From the NCBI GenBank assembly GCA_007129945.1, contig SKUN01000020.1, positions 1 through 46,584 on the forward strand: DNA of 46,584 nucleotides. Reading direction: 5' to 3'. A program made the translations under genes and the position numbers. Under the pieces are notes generated by a model. The model saw nothing but the letters and a program-made list of their open reading frames with translations. It ran no database searches and was not told where the DNA came from. This stretch comes from Bacteroidales bacterium (GTDB lineage: Bacteria; Bacteroidota; Bacteroidia; Bacteroidales; UBA7960). Below are positions 9,393-18,098 of the stretch, piece by piece; the first letter of the stretch is position 1; every line of letters begins with the position of its first letter.

Positions 9393-10568
9393 ATGATCCC
9401 TTTTGAAGAAGCCATGGCCATTACCCTGGAAACACCCATTCGGACAGGCACCGAAAGGGTTGACTTTAATAATGCACTTTACAGGATACTGGCAGAAGAT
9501 ATCCTTTCAGATGTGGACATGCCTCCCTTCCATAAGGCTGCCATGGACGGTTATGCCTGCAGGAAGGCGGACCTGGACAAAGAACTGAAGGTGCTTGAAG
9601 TGCTGGCGGCGGGAGATATCCCCACCGCCTTCGTCGGGCCGGGGCAATGCAGTAAGATCATGACGGGAGCCATGGTGCCCGGGGGGGCCGATACCGTGAT
9701 CATGGTGGAGCACACAGAAGAATGCACCCCCGGACATATCCGTTTCACGGGTGAGAAAACAGCTTCAAATATTGCCCGTAAAGCCGAGGACGTCAGGGCC
9801 GGAGACAGGGTGCTCGACCAGGGAACACTGATCCTTCCCCAGCATACACCCATCCTGGCATCGGTCGGATGCACCAGCCCGCTGGTATCCAAAAAGGTGC
9901 GGGTTGGAATTCTCTCCACCGGCGACGAGCTGGTTGAACCACATATTACGCCCGGCCCCGGAAAAATAAGGAACAGCAATGGGTTCCAGCTCATTGCCCA
10001 GGTAAGGGCAGCACATTGTGAGCCCAATTACCTGGGCATCATACCGGACAATGAAGAAGACACCGATCGTGCCATTGGCAAAGCCCTTGCTGAGAACAAT
10101 GTGGTGATACTCACAGGAGGCGTGTCTGCCGGTGACTTTGATTTTGTCCCGAAGATCATGCGCAAAAACGGGGTAGATATCCGGTTTCAGAAAGTGGCCG
10201 TAAAACCAGGGCGGCCCACCGTGTTTGGAACAACGGAAAACGCAGCGATTTTCGGCCTTCCCGGTAACCCGGTTTCATCCTTTGTGAATTTTGAGGTATT
10301 TGTCAAGCCTTTATTGTTTAAAATGATGGGGCACCAATACCTGCCGCTGGTTCTGAAAATGCCCCTGGACACGCACTACAAGAGAAAGAAAGCCGACAGG
10401 GTGGAATTCATTCCGGCACACATCAGCCAGGAGGGCACAGTGGTGCCGGCGCGTTATCACGGGTCTGCACACATACACGCCATGAGCCTGGCCAACGGGA
10501 TCATGCGCATCCCCAAAGGCACATTTGAACTGAAAAAAGGAGATTATACGGATGTTAGACCAATATAA
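9393..10568 (+). CDS. moeA: Molybdopterin molybdotransferase MoeA
   Basis: PPFHKAAMDGYA, IMTGAMVPGGADTVIMVE, STGDEL, GGVSAGDFD, KPGRP and GLPGNPVS motifs. Start taken at ATG 9393. Confidence 0.95.
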   Translation: MIPFEEAMAITLETPIRTGTERVDFNNALYRILAEDILSDVDMPPFHKAAMDGYACRKADLDKELKVLEVLAAGDIPTAFVGPGQCSKIMTGAMVPGGADTVIMVEHTEECTPGHIRFTGEKTASNIARKAEDVRAGDRVLDQGTLILPQHTPILASVGCTSPLVSKKVRVGILSTGDELVEPHITPGPGKIRNSNGFQLIAQVRAAHCEPNYLGIIPDNEEDTDRAIGKALAENNVVILTGGVSAGDFDFVPKIMRKNGVDIRFQKVAVKPGRPTVFGTTENAAIFGLPGNPVSSFVNFEVFVKPLLFKMMGHQYLPLVLKMPLDTHYKRKKADRVEFIPAHISQEGTVVPARYHGSAHIHAMSLANGIMRIPKGTFELKKGDYTDVRPI

Positions 10569-11352
10569 ACGCCCCATCAATTACCTCCGCATCTCGGTGA
10601 CAGACCGCTGTAACCTGCGATGCAGGTATTGCATGCCAGAGAACGACCCATGCCTGCTAAGCCATGAAGACATTCTCTCTTTTGAGGAGATCCGGGATGT
10701 GGTGGCCGTGGCTGTTTCCATGGGCATTGACAAAGTAAGGCTTACCGGAGGGGAACCGCTGGTGCGCAAGGATATTGTTGATCTTGTGAAGATGATCTCC
10801 GGGATTCAGGGCGTCAGGGATCTGTCCATGACAACCAATGCCACCCTGCTTACCCGCTTTGCAGCTCCGCTGGCCGAGGCCGGATTACATAGGGTGAATA
10901 TCAGCCTGGACACCCTGGATCCTGACAAATTCAGGATATTAACCCGCGGCGGGGATATTCGCAAAGTATTTGCCGGAGTTGAGGCTGCGAAGGAAGCAGG
11001 GCTCTCACCCATCAAGGTCAACTGTGTGCTGGGCGAAAAAGATGACAGCCGGGACGCGCAGGATTTAAAAACCTACTGCCGTGAAAACGGGTTGCAGGTC
11101 AGGTTCATCAAACAAATGGACCTGCAAACCGGACATTTCGGCATTGTGGAAGGAGGCAGCGGTGGCGACTGCAAACAGTGTAACCGCCTGCGGCTGACCA
11201 GCGATGGCAAAGTCAAACCCTGCCTCTTCAGTGACCTCGCGTACGATATTCGTGTGGCTGGCATCCGGGAAGCACTGGAATTGGCACTGGGGAATAAACC
11301 GGAAAAAGGCACCGTAAGCTTCAGCAATTGTTTCCACAACATTGGCGGCTGA
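10552..11352 (+). CDS. moaA: GTP 3',8-cyclase MoaA (short form)
   Basis: YLRISVTDRCNLRCRYCMP (CxxxCxxC), RLTGGEPL, CKQCNRLRLTSDGKVKPCL and C-terminal IGG. Confidence 0.93.
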   Translation: MLDQYKRPINYLRISVTDRCNLRCRYCMPENDPCLLSHEDILSFEEIRDVVAVAVSMGIDKVRLTGGEPLVRKDIVDLVKMISGIQGVRDLSMTTNATLLTRFAAPLAEAGLHRVNISLDTLDPDKFRILTRGGDIRKVFAGVEAAKEAGLSPIKVNCVLGEKDDSRDAQDLKTYCRENGLQVRFIKQMDLQTGHFGIVEGGSGGDCKQCNRLRLTSDGKVKPCLFSDLAYDIRVAGIREALELALGNKPEKGTVSFSNCFHNIGG

Positions 11353-11400
11353 CAGCAACCAAGGCTGAATTGCCGGGAATAGTTATAGTTGATATAGCAC

Positions 11401-13509
11401 ATGGGTAACGCGCAAAACACAAAACTTAAAAAATCGCTCGGACTGTTTGACCTGTTTGCAATCAGCACGGGCGCAATGTTCAGTTCAGGGTTTTTCCTGC
11501 TTCCCGGGCTGGCATATGCCCAGGCAGGTCCCGCCGTTGTACTGGCCTATTTACTGAGCGGGCTGCTCATGGTGCCGGCCATGTTCAGCATCGCCGAACT
11601 GGCTACTGCACTGCCCAAGGCTGGTGGCTCTTACTACTTCATTGACCGCAGCCTGGGCCCAATGGCAGGCAATCTGGGGGGGTTCGGTGTATATTCTTCC
11701 CTGGTATTGAAAACATCCTTTACCCTTGTGGGCCTGGGAGCCTACACCAGCATTTTCCTGGATCTGCCCATCAAAGTGGTGGCCCTGAGTCTTACCATCG
11801 TGTTTATGCTCCTTAATCTCATAGGGGCAAAACAAAGCTCCGGCCTGCAGAAAATACTGGTCGTTACACTTATTGTTATCCTTACATTCTTTGTGGTCCA
11901 GGGATTCATTTTCATATTCGGAGACATGGGTACCACCCAGCTGAAAGACACATACACTCCCGTGTTGCCTTTCGGGCCAATGGGCCTGCTGACCACCATC
12001 GGGTTTGTCTTCATTTCCTACGCCGGGCTGACCAAGATCGAAAGCGTGGCCGAGGAGGTGAAAAACCCGGAAAGGAACATTCCGCTGGGCATGATTCTCT
12101 CCCTGCTGGCAACCATGGCCATTTATACCCTCGGCGTATTTGTTGTGGTTGCAGTGCTTGACCACACTGCATTAAAAGAAGACTTGACTCCCATTGCAAC
12201 AGCCGGTGAAGCATTCATGAGCTGGTTGCCGGGTGAATCCGGGTTGCTTATTCTGGTAATTGCGGCATTTGCTGCTTTCGCCTCCACAGGAAATGCAGGC
12301 ATCATGTCGGCTTCGCGCTATCCCCTTGCCATGGCAAGAGACAGGCTGCTCCCCCAGACATTTGCCAAAATCAACCGTTTTTACACCCCTGGAGTGTCCA
12401 TCATAACCACCTCAGCCATTGTCGCATTTTTTATCCTGGTACTGGCCGCCGATGAAATCGCCAAGATGGCAAGTACCGTCCACCTGGTCATCATGCTATT
12501 GGTCAACGTGTCGGTAATTGTTATGCGAAACAGCAAGATCCCTTCATACGACCCGGGATTCAGGTCTCCGCTGTTTCCTTACGTTCAGTATTTCGGGATT
12601 GCCGTTTACGGTGTACTGATTATTTATATGGGGGCGCTCCCTCTGGCGCTTGGTGCAGGTGTTTTTCTCCTTGCACATATATGGTACAGATGGTACGGCA
12701 GGAAAAACACCCGCCGGGAAGGGGCAATTTTTCACTGGTTCGCCAGGATGGGGAAATACCAGGATCCCGGACTTGAATGGGAGTTTATTGAGCTGCTGAA
12801 GGAAAAAGGCCTGCGGGAAGATGACCCCTTTGACCACCTGATCATAGAAACCGATATCCTGATCAAAACCCGCTTCCTTGACAACTTCGATAAACTCCTG
12901 ACCCAGGTGTCAAAAAGCTTTTCAAAAGAGCTCGAAAAGGACCCTGAAAAGATCGAAGCTGCATTCCGGCAGAAATCCCCCATTGATCCAAGTCTGCTGC
13001 ATCCCCAGGTATCATTATTGCATGGTCAGCTTGAGCAGATTCAGACACCGAAACTGAAAATTGTCCTGTCCAAAAAAGGGATCAGGAGGAAGGTGGAAAA
13101 AGGAGGCATACATTCGACCGACACAATCCATGTATTCTTCTTCCTGGTTAGTCCGGCCGGCGATCAGCGCCAGCATCTGCGATTGCTGGTGCGCATTTCC
13201 GATATCCTTGAAAGGGACAACTTTGTAAAAAAAATGCTGGAATGCAAAGACGAGCAGCGTGTTAAAGAATATTTGCTGCACCATGAGCGTTATATTTCCC
13301 TGGACCTTGTTTCTGACTCCCCCGCCGGAGCATTTATCGGCCATAAAACAGGGGAACTCGACCTTCCTGCTGATACCCTGCCTGTATTGATGAGAAGAAA
13401 GAATAAAGTGTTTACACCCGACAAACACACCACATTGAAGGAAGGAGACTCCCTGACCATCATCGGCGACCCCAAAAGCATTGATCAATTGTACAAAAAA
13501 TATAAATAG
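11401..13509 (+). CDS. APC-superfamily permease fused to a PTS EIIA-like domain and a TrkA-C (RCK_C) domain
   Basis: N-terminal ~430 aa with ~12 TMs (STGAMFSSGFFLLPG, AEEVKNPERNIP, SRYPLAMARD). EIIA-like segment (VSLLHG...FFFLVSP...QHLRLLVRIS). RCK_C-like tail (SPAGAFIG...LP...MRRKNKVFTP...TLKEGDSLTIIG). Confidence 0.75.
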   Translation: MGNAQNTKLKKSLGLFDLFAISTGAMFSSGFFLLPGLAYAQAGPAVVLAYLLSGLLMVPAMFSIAELATALPKAGGSYYFIDRSLGPMAGNLGGFGVYSSLVLKTSFTLVGLGAYTSIFLDLPIKVVALSLTIVFMLLNLIGAKQSSGLQKILVVTLIVILTFFVVQGFIFIFGDMGTTQLKDTYTPVLPFGPMGLLTTIGFVFISYAGLTKIESVAEEVKNPERNIPLGMILSLLATMAIYTLGVFVVVAVLDHTALKEDLTPIATAGEAFMSWLPGESGLLILVIAAFAAFASTGNAGIMSASRYPLAMARDRLLPQTFAKINRFYTPGVSIITTSAIVAFFILVLAADEIAKMASTVHLVIMLLVNVSVIVMRNSKIPSYDPGFRSPLFPYVQYFGIAVYGVLIIYMGALPLALGAGVFLLAHIWYRWYGRKNTRREGAIFHWFARMGKYQDPGLEWEFIELLKEKGLREDDPFDHLIIETDILIKTRFLDNFDKLLTQVSKSFSKELEKDPEKIEAAFRQKSPIDPSLLHPQVSLLHGQLEQIQTPKLKIVLSKKGIRRKVEKGGIHSTDTIHVFFFLVSPAGDQRQHLRLLVRISDILERDNFVKKMLECKDEQRVKEYLLHHERYISLDLVSDSPAGAFIGHKTGELDLPADTLPVLMRRKNKVFTPDKHTTLKEGDSLTIIGDPKSIDQLYKKYK

Positions 13510-13511
13510 TC

Positions 13512-13970
13512 ATGTCATCATTTTCTCACATCGACAAAGACGGGAAAGCCAACATGGTGGATGTCGGAAGCAAGGCCGTGCAGCAAAGAACCGCCATTGC
13601 ATCCGGATTCATCAGCCTGGAACCCGGCACCATCTCCCTCATCAAAGAGAACCAAATCAAAAAAGGCGACGTACTTACGGTGGCTGAGGTAGCAGGCATT
13701 CAGGCAGCCAAACAAACCTCCGTCCTGATCCCCCTCTGCCACCCGCTCCAAATCACCAAAGCGGACGTAAACACAGAGATCGTTGACGAGGCCAACAACC
13801 GGGGCGTCAGGGTAAAAGCCCGGGTAAAATGCAACGGTCAGACCGGCGTGGAGATGGAAGCCCTTACTGCAGTCAGTACCGCCCTGCTTACCATATATGA
13901 CATGTGTAAAGCAGTGGACAACCAAATGGTAATCACAAACATCCATTTATTGGAAAAAGAAAAGATCTGA
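13512..13970 (+). CDS. moaC: Cyclic pyranopterin monophosphate synthase MoaC
   Basis: FSHID...MVDV, KKGDVL, LIPLCHPL, TGVEMEALT and TIYDMCKAVD motifs. Confidence 0.97.
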   Translation: MSSFSHIDKDGKANMVDVGSKAVQQRTAIASGFISLEPGTISLIKENQIKKGDVLTVAEVAGIQAAKQTSVLIPLCHPLQITKADVNTEIVDEANNRGVRVKARVKCNGQTGVEMEALTAVSTALLTIYDMCKAVDNQMVITNIHLLEKEKI

Positions 13971-13974
13971 ATTT

Positions 13975-14904
13975 ATGGAACTGAAAATTTTATCCGTCAA
14001 TATATCCAAAGAGAAAGGGACCATCAAAGAACCCGTTGAGGAAATTACACTGAACCATCATGGCGTAATGGATGATGCTCACTCAGGCCCCTGGCACCGG
14101 CAGGTAAGCTTGCTTGGCAAAGAAAGCGTCGACCGTTTCTCCGGGCAGGCCGGCAGACCTATCGCACCGGGAGAGTTTGCCGAGAACATTACCACAGAAG
14201 GTGTGGAACTGGTAAAAACTTCGCCCCTCGACCGTTTCTCCGGTGAAAACGTGGAACTGGAAGTTACCCAGATCGGAAAATCCTGCCACGGTTCTGCCTG
14301 TGCCATTTTCCGGGAAGTAGGCAACTGCGTCATGCCAAAAGAAGGGATCTTTGCCCGGGTGATTCGCCAGGGCTCATTAAAACCGGGGGATGTGCTGACC
14401 TATCATCCAAGGCGGTTCCGGTTCCACGTGGTTACCCTTAGCGACAGGGCGAGCAAGGGAGAATATGCCGATCGCAGTGGCCCGCGTATCATTGAGATTC
14501 TCAATGAGCATTATAATGAGCTTCCGCGCGACATTGAGGTCGCCCACACCATTATCCCGGATGACGCTTCCAGTCTGAGCGTCCTGATAGAGAAAACCAC
14601 TTATGATGAGGTAGATGTGATCATTACCACAGGTGGTACGGGCATCGGACCCCGGGACGTTACCGTGGAAACCGTTCGCCCCATGCTCGACAAGGAAATT
14701 CCCGGAATCATGGAAATGATACGGGTAAAATACGGCAAAGACAAGCCCAATGCCTTGCTCAGTCGCGGTGTGGCCGGTCTGATCGGGGAAACGTTGATCT
14801 ACACACTGCCCGGGAGTGTAAAAGCGGTGAATGAGTATATGGAAGAGATCCTGAAAACCCTGGAACATTTGATTTATATGCGCCACGGGCTGGATGTTCA
14901 CTGA
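13975..14904 (+). CDS. MOSC domain - MogA/MoaB (molybdopterin adenylyltransferase) fusion protein
   Basis: N-half MOSC/YiiM-like (DAHSGPWHRQVSLL, GEFAENITT, QIGKSCH...C...C.MPKEGIFARV). C-half MogA (TLSDRASKGEYADRSGP, TTGGTGIGPRDVT, LSRGVAG, LPGSVKAV). Confidence 0.88.
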   Translation: MELKILSVNISKEKGTIKEPVEEITLNHHGVMDDAHSGPWHRQVSLLGKESVDRFSGQAGRPIAPGEFAENITTEGVELVKTSPLDRFSGENVELEVTQIGKSCHGSACAIFREVGNCVMPKEGIFARVIRQGSLKPGDVLTYHPRRFRFHVVTLSDRASKGEYADRSGPRIIEILNEHYNELPRDIEVAHTIIPDDASSLSVLIEKTTYDEVDVIITTGGTGIGPRDVTVETVRPMLDKEIPGIMEMIRVKYGKDKPNALLSRGVAGLIGETLIYTLPGSVKAVNEYMEEILKTLEHLIYMRHGLDVH

Positions 14905-14932
14905 TCAGAAATGGATGTTCACTGACCGGAAA
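14891..14932 (+). repeat. 21-bp tandem duplication spanning the MOSC-MogA stop codon
   Basis: TGGATGTTCACTGATCAGAAA followed directly by TGGATGTTCACTGACCGGAAA (2 mismatches). Confidence 0.85.
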
Positions 14933-14967
14933 TGAAACGGCTTACATCCATAATCTGCCTCCCTTAA

Positions 14968-16185
14968 CTATTTGGGTACCAAAACCCCCTCTTCGTATTT
15001 CACCACAAAGGCATCGCTGACGCCGGCAGCCCACAGCTTACGCATGTGAACAATGGCGGCCTCCAGTGTATCAAAGCTGCCTGAAATATATTTATGCCAG
15101 CCATCGATGTAGTATTTCCGGAGCCGGTCATTGATACCAAGGTACGCGCCGGCCTCTTCAAGGCTCAGGTCTTTTTTGTGAGCCATCACCTGGACGGCAT
15201 AAAAGGTCTCGGGTGTTTCCTCCGGTTCTTCCTCCTTCTCCTCCATCTTGCGTTCAATGTCATCCAAAGCTTCCCTGAGCGTTTCATAATGACGCAGTAA
15301 TTCAATCTGCGCCTGGGTGAGTTCACCCACTTCATCCGTTACCGCCTGCATGTCCCGGTCATGCTTCTCCCCAACTCCCGTGAGATCATCTTCCACGGAA
15401 TCCATGCGCGAGGCAAGATGGTTCAACCTGTCCACATCACCCGGATACATCGCACGCTCAATGGGTGCCCAGTCTTTTGAATTGGTATTGCTCCCAAGCC
15501 TGAAAGTGAAACCAACACTTGTATAGTTATACATGTCTTTTCTGCTGCCTGTGACGACTCTGGCATCCAGCTCATCCGTCATCGCGTACTGAAAAGAAGA
15601 CTTCACCCCAATATCAACCCGGTCTGACACCCTGAAGTTCACACCCAAACCGAATGGGATTACCCAGGCGTAGTGGGTCTCTCCCTCCTGGGTTTCGTCA
15701 TAAGGATACCGAAGCACATTGCCGGTTTGCAGCTCCATCAGCCTGGATTCGAAAGCAACAGCACCCAGCCCGGTAAACCCGTAAAGATTCATCCAGCGGT
15801 TGGTACTGCTGCGCGGGGCCAGCAACCCGTTTAAACTCACATTGGCCGTAAGGGATGCGTGCATCATTTCCGTTTCAAACTTCCGGTTATCATCCGTACT
15901 GATACCCGTCATTTCCCCGAAGAGAAAATTGGTTTGTAATGTCAGAACCGGCGATACATGATAATTGAGCATCAGTCCTGCCCCAAAACCATCTTCGCCG
16001 GAGGCAGGCATGAAATTCTGCTCTTTCACATCAGTGAAAGGGATCAGCAGGCCTCCGCTGATTCCGAAAGAGAAACGGTTATAGTCATCAGTTGTCTCCG
16101 GTACTTCTTCCGCACCAATGGCCGGTACGCCCAGCCACACAAATAAAAGAAAAAAAGCAAGGCAACTTGTTGTTGTCTGTCTCAT
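14968..16185 (-). CDS. Outer-membrane beta-barrel protein with coiled-coil linker and C-terminal SPOR-like domain
   Basis: Signal peptide; amphipathic beta-strands (PFGLGVNFRVSDRVDIG...YTSVGFTFRLG); heptad-rich acidic helix; tail FYAVQVMA...KYISGSF...A...G.SDAFVV. Start taken at ATG 16185. Confidence 0.65.
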   Translation of the reverse strand: MRQTTTSCLAFFLLFVWLGVPAIGAEEVPETTDDYNRFSFGISGGLLIPFTDVKEQNFMPASGEDGFGAGLMLNYHVSPVLTLQTNFLFGEMTGISTDDNRKFETEMMHASLTANVSLNGLLAPRSSTNRWMNLYGFTGLGAVAFESRLMELQTGNVLRYPYDETQEGETHYAWVIPFGLGVNFRVSDRVDIGVKSSFQYAMTDELDARVVTGSRKDMYNYTSVGFTFRLGSNTNSKDWAPIERAMYPGDVDRLNHLASRMDSVEDDLTGVGEKHDRDMQAVTDEVGELTQAQIELLRHYETLREALDDIERKMEEKEEEPEETPETFYAVQVMAHKKDLSLEEAGAYLGINDRLRKYYIDGWHKYISGSFDTLEAAIVHMRKLWAAGVSDAFVVKYEEGVLVPK

Positions 16186-16288
16186 AATTATCAGTAAAAT
16201 CAATTCTACACCAGTTCCGTATATCTGAATTATACTGATAATTGAACAAAAGGTTACAGAAACCGGTATTTTCCGGCAATGTCACTTG

Positions 16289-17959
16289 TCAGAACAAGCC
16301 TGAAATATTGCCGTCATTGTCAATGTCAATATTCTCCGCCGATGGCTGTGACGGCAGGCCGGGCATACGCATAATGGTTCCGGCAATGGGCACGAGGAAT
16401 CCGGCACCCGATGCCACTTCGAATTCCCGGATCTTGACGGTGAAGTTCTTTGGACGACCAATTTTATAGGGGTCATCAGAAAGGGACTTTTGCGTCTTTG
16501 CCACACAAACAGGCAGTTTATCCAGGCCGAGACGCTCGAACTGGGCGATCTGGGATTTTGCTTTCACCGTGTATTCCACATGATCAGCCCCGTAAAGTTT
16601 GGTCGCAATGGTATGAAGTTTTTTCTCAATGCTCCAGTCAAAATCATACAGGGGGGTAAAACATGTGGTACAGCTGTCGGCTGCCTCCTTCACCAATTTT
16701 GCCAGCTCCAGGGCGCCCTCACCTCCTTTTTCCCATCCTTCATAAATGGCCACCCTTATTCCCAGGTCTTCACAACGCTTTTTCACAATGGCAATTTCCT
16801 CATCGGTATCCGTATAGAACTTATTAATGGCCACCACAGGCTTCAGGTTGAAATGCTGAATGTTCTCTATGTGTTTTTCCAGGTTTTCCAGGCCTTTGGT
16901 AACAGCCTCAGGATTGGGTTCTTTGAGCGATGGCAGCTTGACCCCGCCGTGATACTTCAGGGCCCGGATGGTGGCTACGATCACCGAAGCATTGGGCGTC
17001 AGCCCACCATACTGGGATTTGATATCCAGGAATTTCTCCGCTCCCAGTTCGGAAGCAAAACCAGCCTCGGTAACGACGTAATCAGACAAGGACAACCCCA
17101 TCCTGGTAGCAATGAGGGTATTGGTGCCCTGCGCAATGTTCGCAAAGGGACCCCCGTGCACAATCGCAGGATTGCCTTCGATGCTTTGTACCAGGTTGGG
17201 CATGATGGCATATTTCATCAGGGCCGCCATGGCACCCTCAGCTTTGAACTCTTTGGCATACACAGGCTCATCGTCATAGGTAAAACCAACCAGGATATTT
17301 CCGAACTTTTCTTTCAGGTCTTCCAGGTCTTTGGCCAGACACAATGCCGCCATCACCTCTGATGCTGCCGTAATGTCAAAACCCGTTTCACGGGGAACAC
17401 CCTGTTTTCTTCCTCCAAGACCTATGATGATGTTTCGCAGGGCCCTTTCATTCATGTCAATCACCCGCTTCCAGACAATTTTCCGCGGGTCAAGCTTCAA
17501 AAAGTTATTCTTGCTTTGCAGATGATTATCGACCAGTGCTGAAAGGAGGTTATGCGTTTTTTCCACGGCCCCCAGGTCCCCGGTGAAATGCAGGTTGATG
17601 TCTTCCATGGGAAGCACCTGGGCGCGTCCGCCGCCGGCAGCTCCCCCCTTGATCCCGAAAACAGGGCCCAGTGAAGGCTCCCGGATCACGACGGTGGACT
17701 TCACCCCCATCTTATTCAGTCCTTCAGAAAGACCAATAGAGGTGGTGGTCTTTCCTTCACCGGCCGGAGTCGGGGTAATGGCGGTGACCAGCACCAGTTT
17801 CTTTTTGGATGCGGCCTTTTCATCAATCAGTTTAAGGGGCAGTTTGGCCATGTATCTTCCTATCTGGTAGAGATCAGCCTCTTCCACACCCAGCTTGGCC
17901 GCCACTTCCGTAATTGGGCGCATCTCAGCCTCCCTGGCAATGTCAAGATCGGTTTTCAT
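16289..17959 (-). CDS. fhs: Formate--tetrahydrofolate ligase
   Basis: TAITPTPAGEGKTT, REPSLGPVFGIKGGAAGGG, HGGPFANIA, TEAGF and MRMPGLP motifs. Confidence 0.97.
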   Translation of the reverse strand: MKTDLDIAREAEMRPITEVAAKLGVEEADLYQIGRYMAKLPLKLIDEKAASKKKLVLVTAITPTPAGEGKTTTSIGLSEGLNKMGVKSTVVIREPSLGPVFGIKGGAAGGGRAQVLPMEDINLHFTGDLGAVEKTHNLLSALVDNHLQSKNNFLKLDPRKIVWKRVIDMNERALRNIIIGLGGRKQGVPRETGFDITAASEVMAALCLAKDLEDLKEKFGNILVGFTYDDEPVYAKEFKAEGAMAALMKYAIMPNLVQSIEGNPAIVHGGPFANIAQGTNTLIATRMGLSLSDYVVTEAGFASELGAEKFLDIKSQYGGLTPNASVIVATIRALKYHGGVKLPSLKEPNPEAVTKGLENLEKHIENIQHFNLKPVVAINKFYTDTDEEIAIVKKRCEDLGIRVAIYEGWEKGGEGALELAKLVKEAADSCTTCFTPLYDFDWSIEKKLHTIATKLYGADHVEYTVKAKSQIAQFERLGLDKLPVCVAKTQKSLSDDPYKIGRPKNFTVKIREFEVASGAGFLVPIAGTIMRMPGLPSQPSAENIDIDNDGNISGLF

Positions 17960-18098
17960 AATCGTCCGTTTTTAGTTGAATGAATATACTGTTAAGATAA
18001 ACAATTTTATTGTTAAGTAAAACCGGGAAGGATTCATTTTGTTTTATTTACCAGGTAATTTCTCTGTATATTCGTGCAGACCAACATTATACCATCCC

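Noticed and set aside
11350-11382. Selenocysteine/TGA readthrough at moaA (or MOSC-MogA) stop
   Set aside because: The TGA follows the canonical C-terminal GG of MoaA, in-frame stops follow shortly, and no SECIS-like hairpin is evident.
14129-14244. Repeated TCGACCGTTTCTCCGG inside the MOSC domain
   Set aside because: Both copies encode DRFSG in frame; treated as a coding coincidence or an old internal duplication with no further structure.
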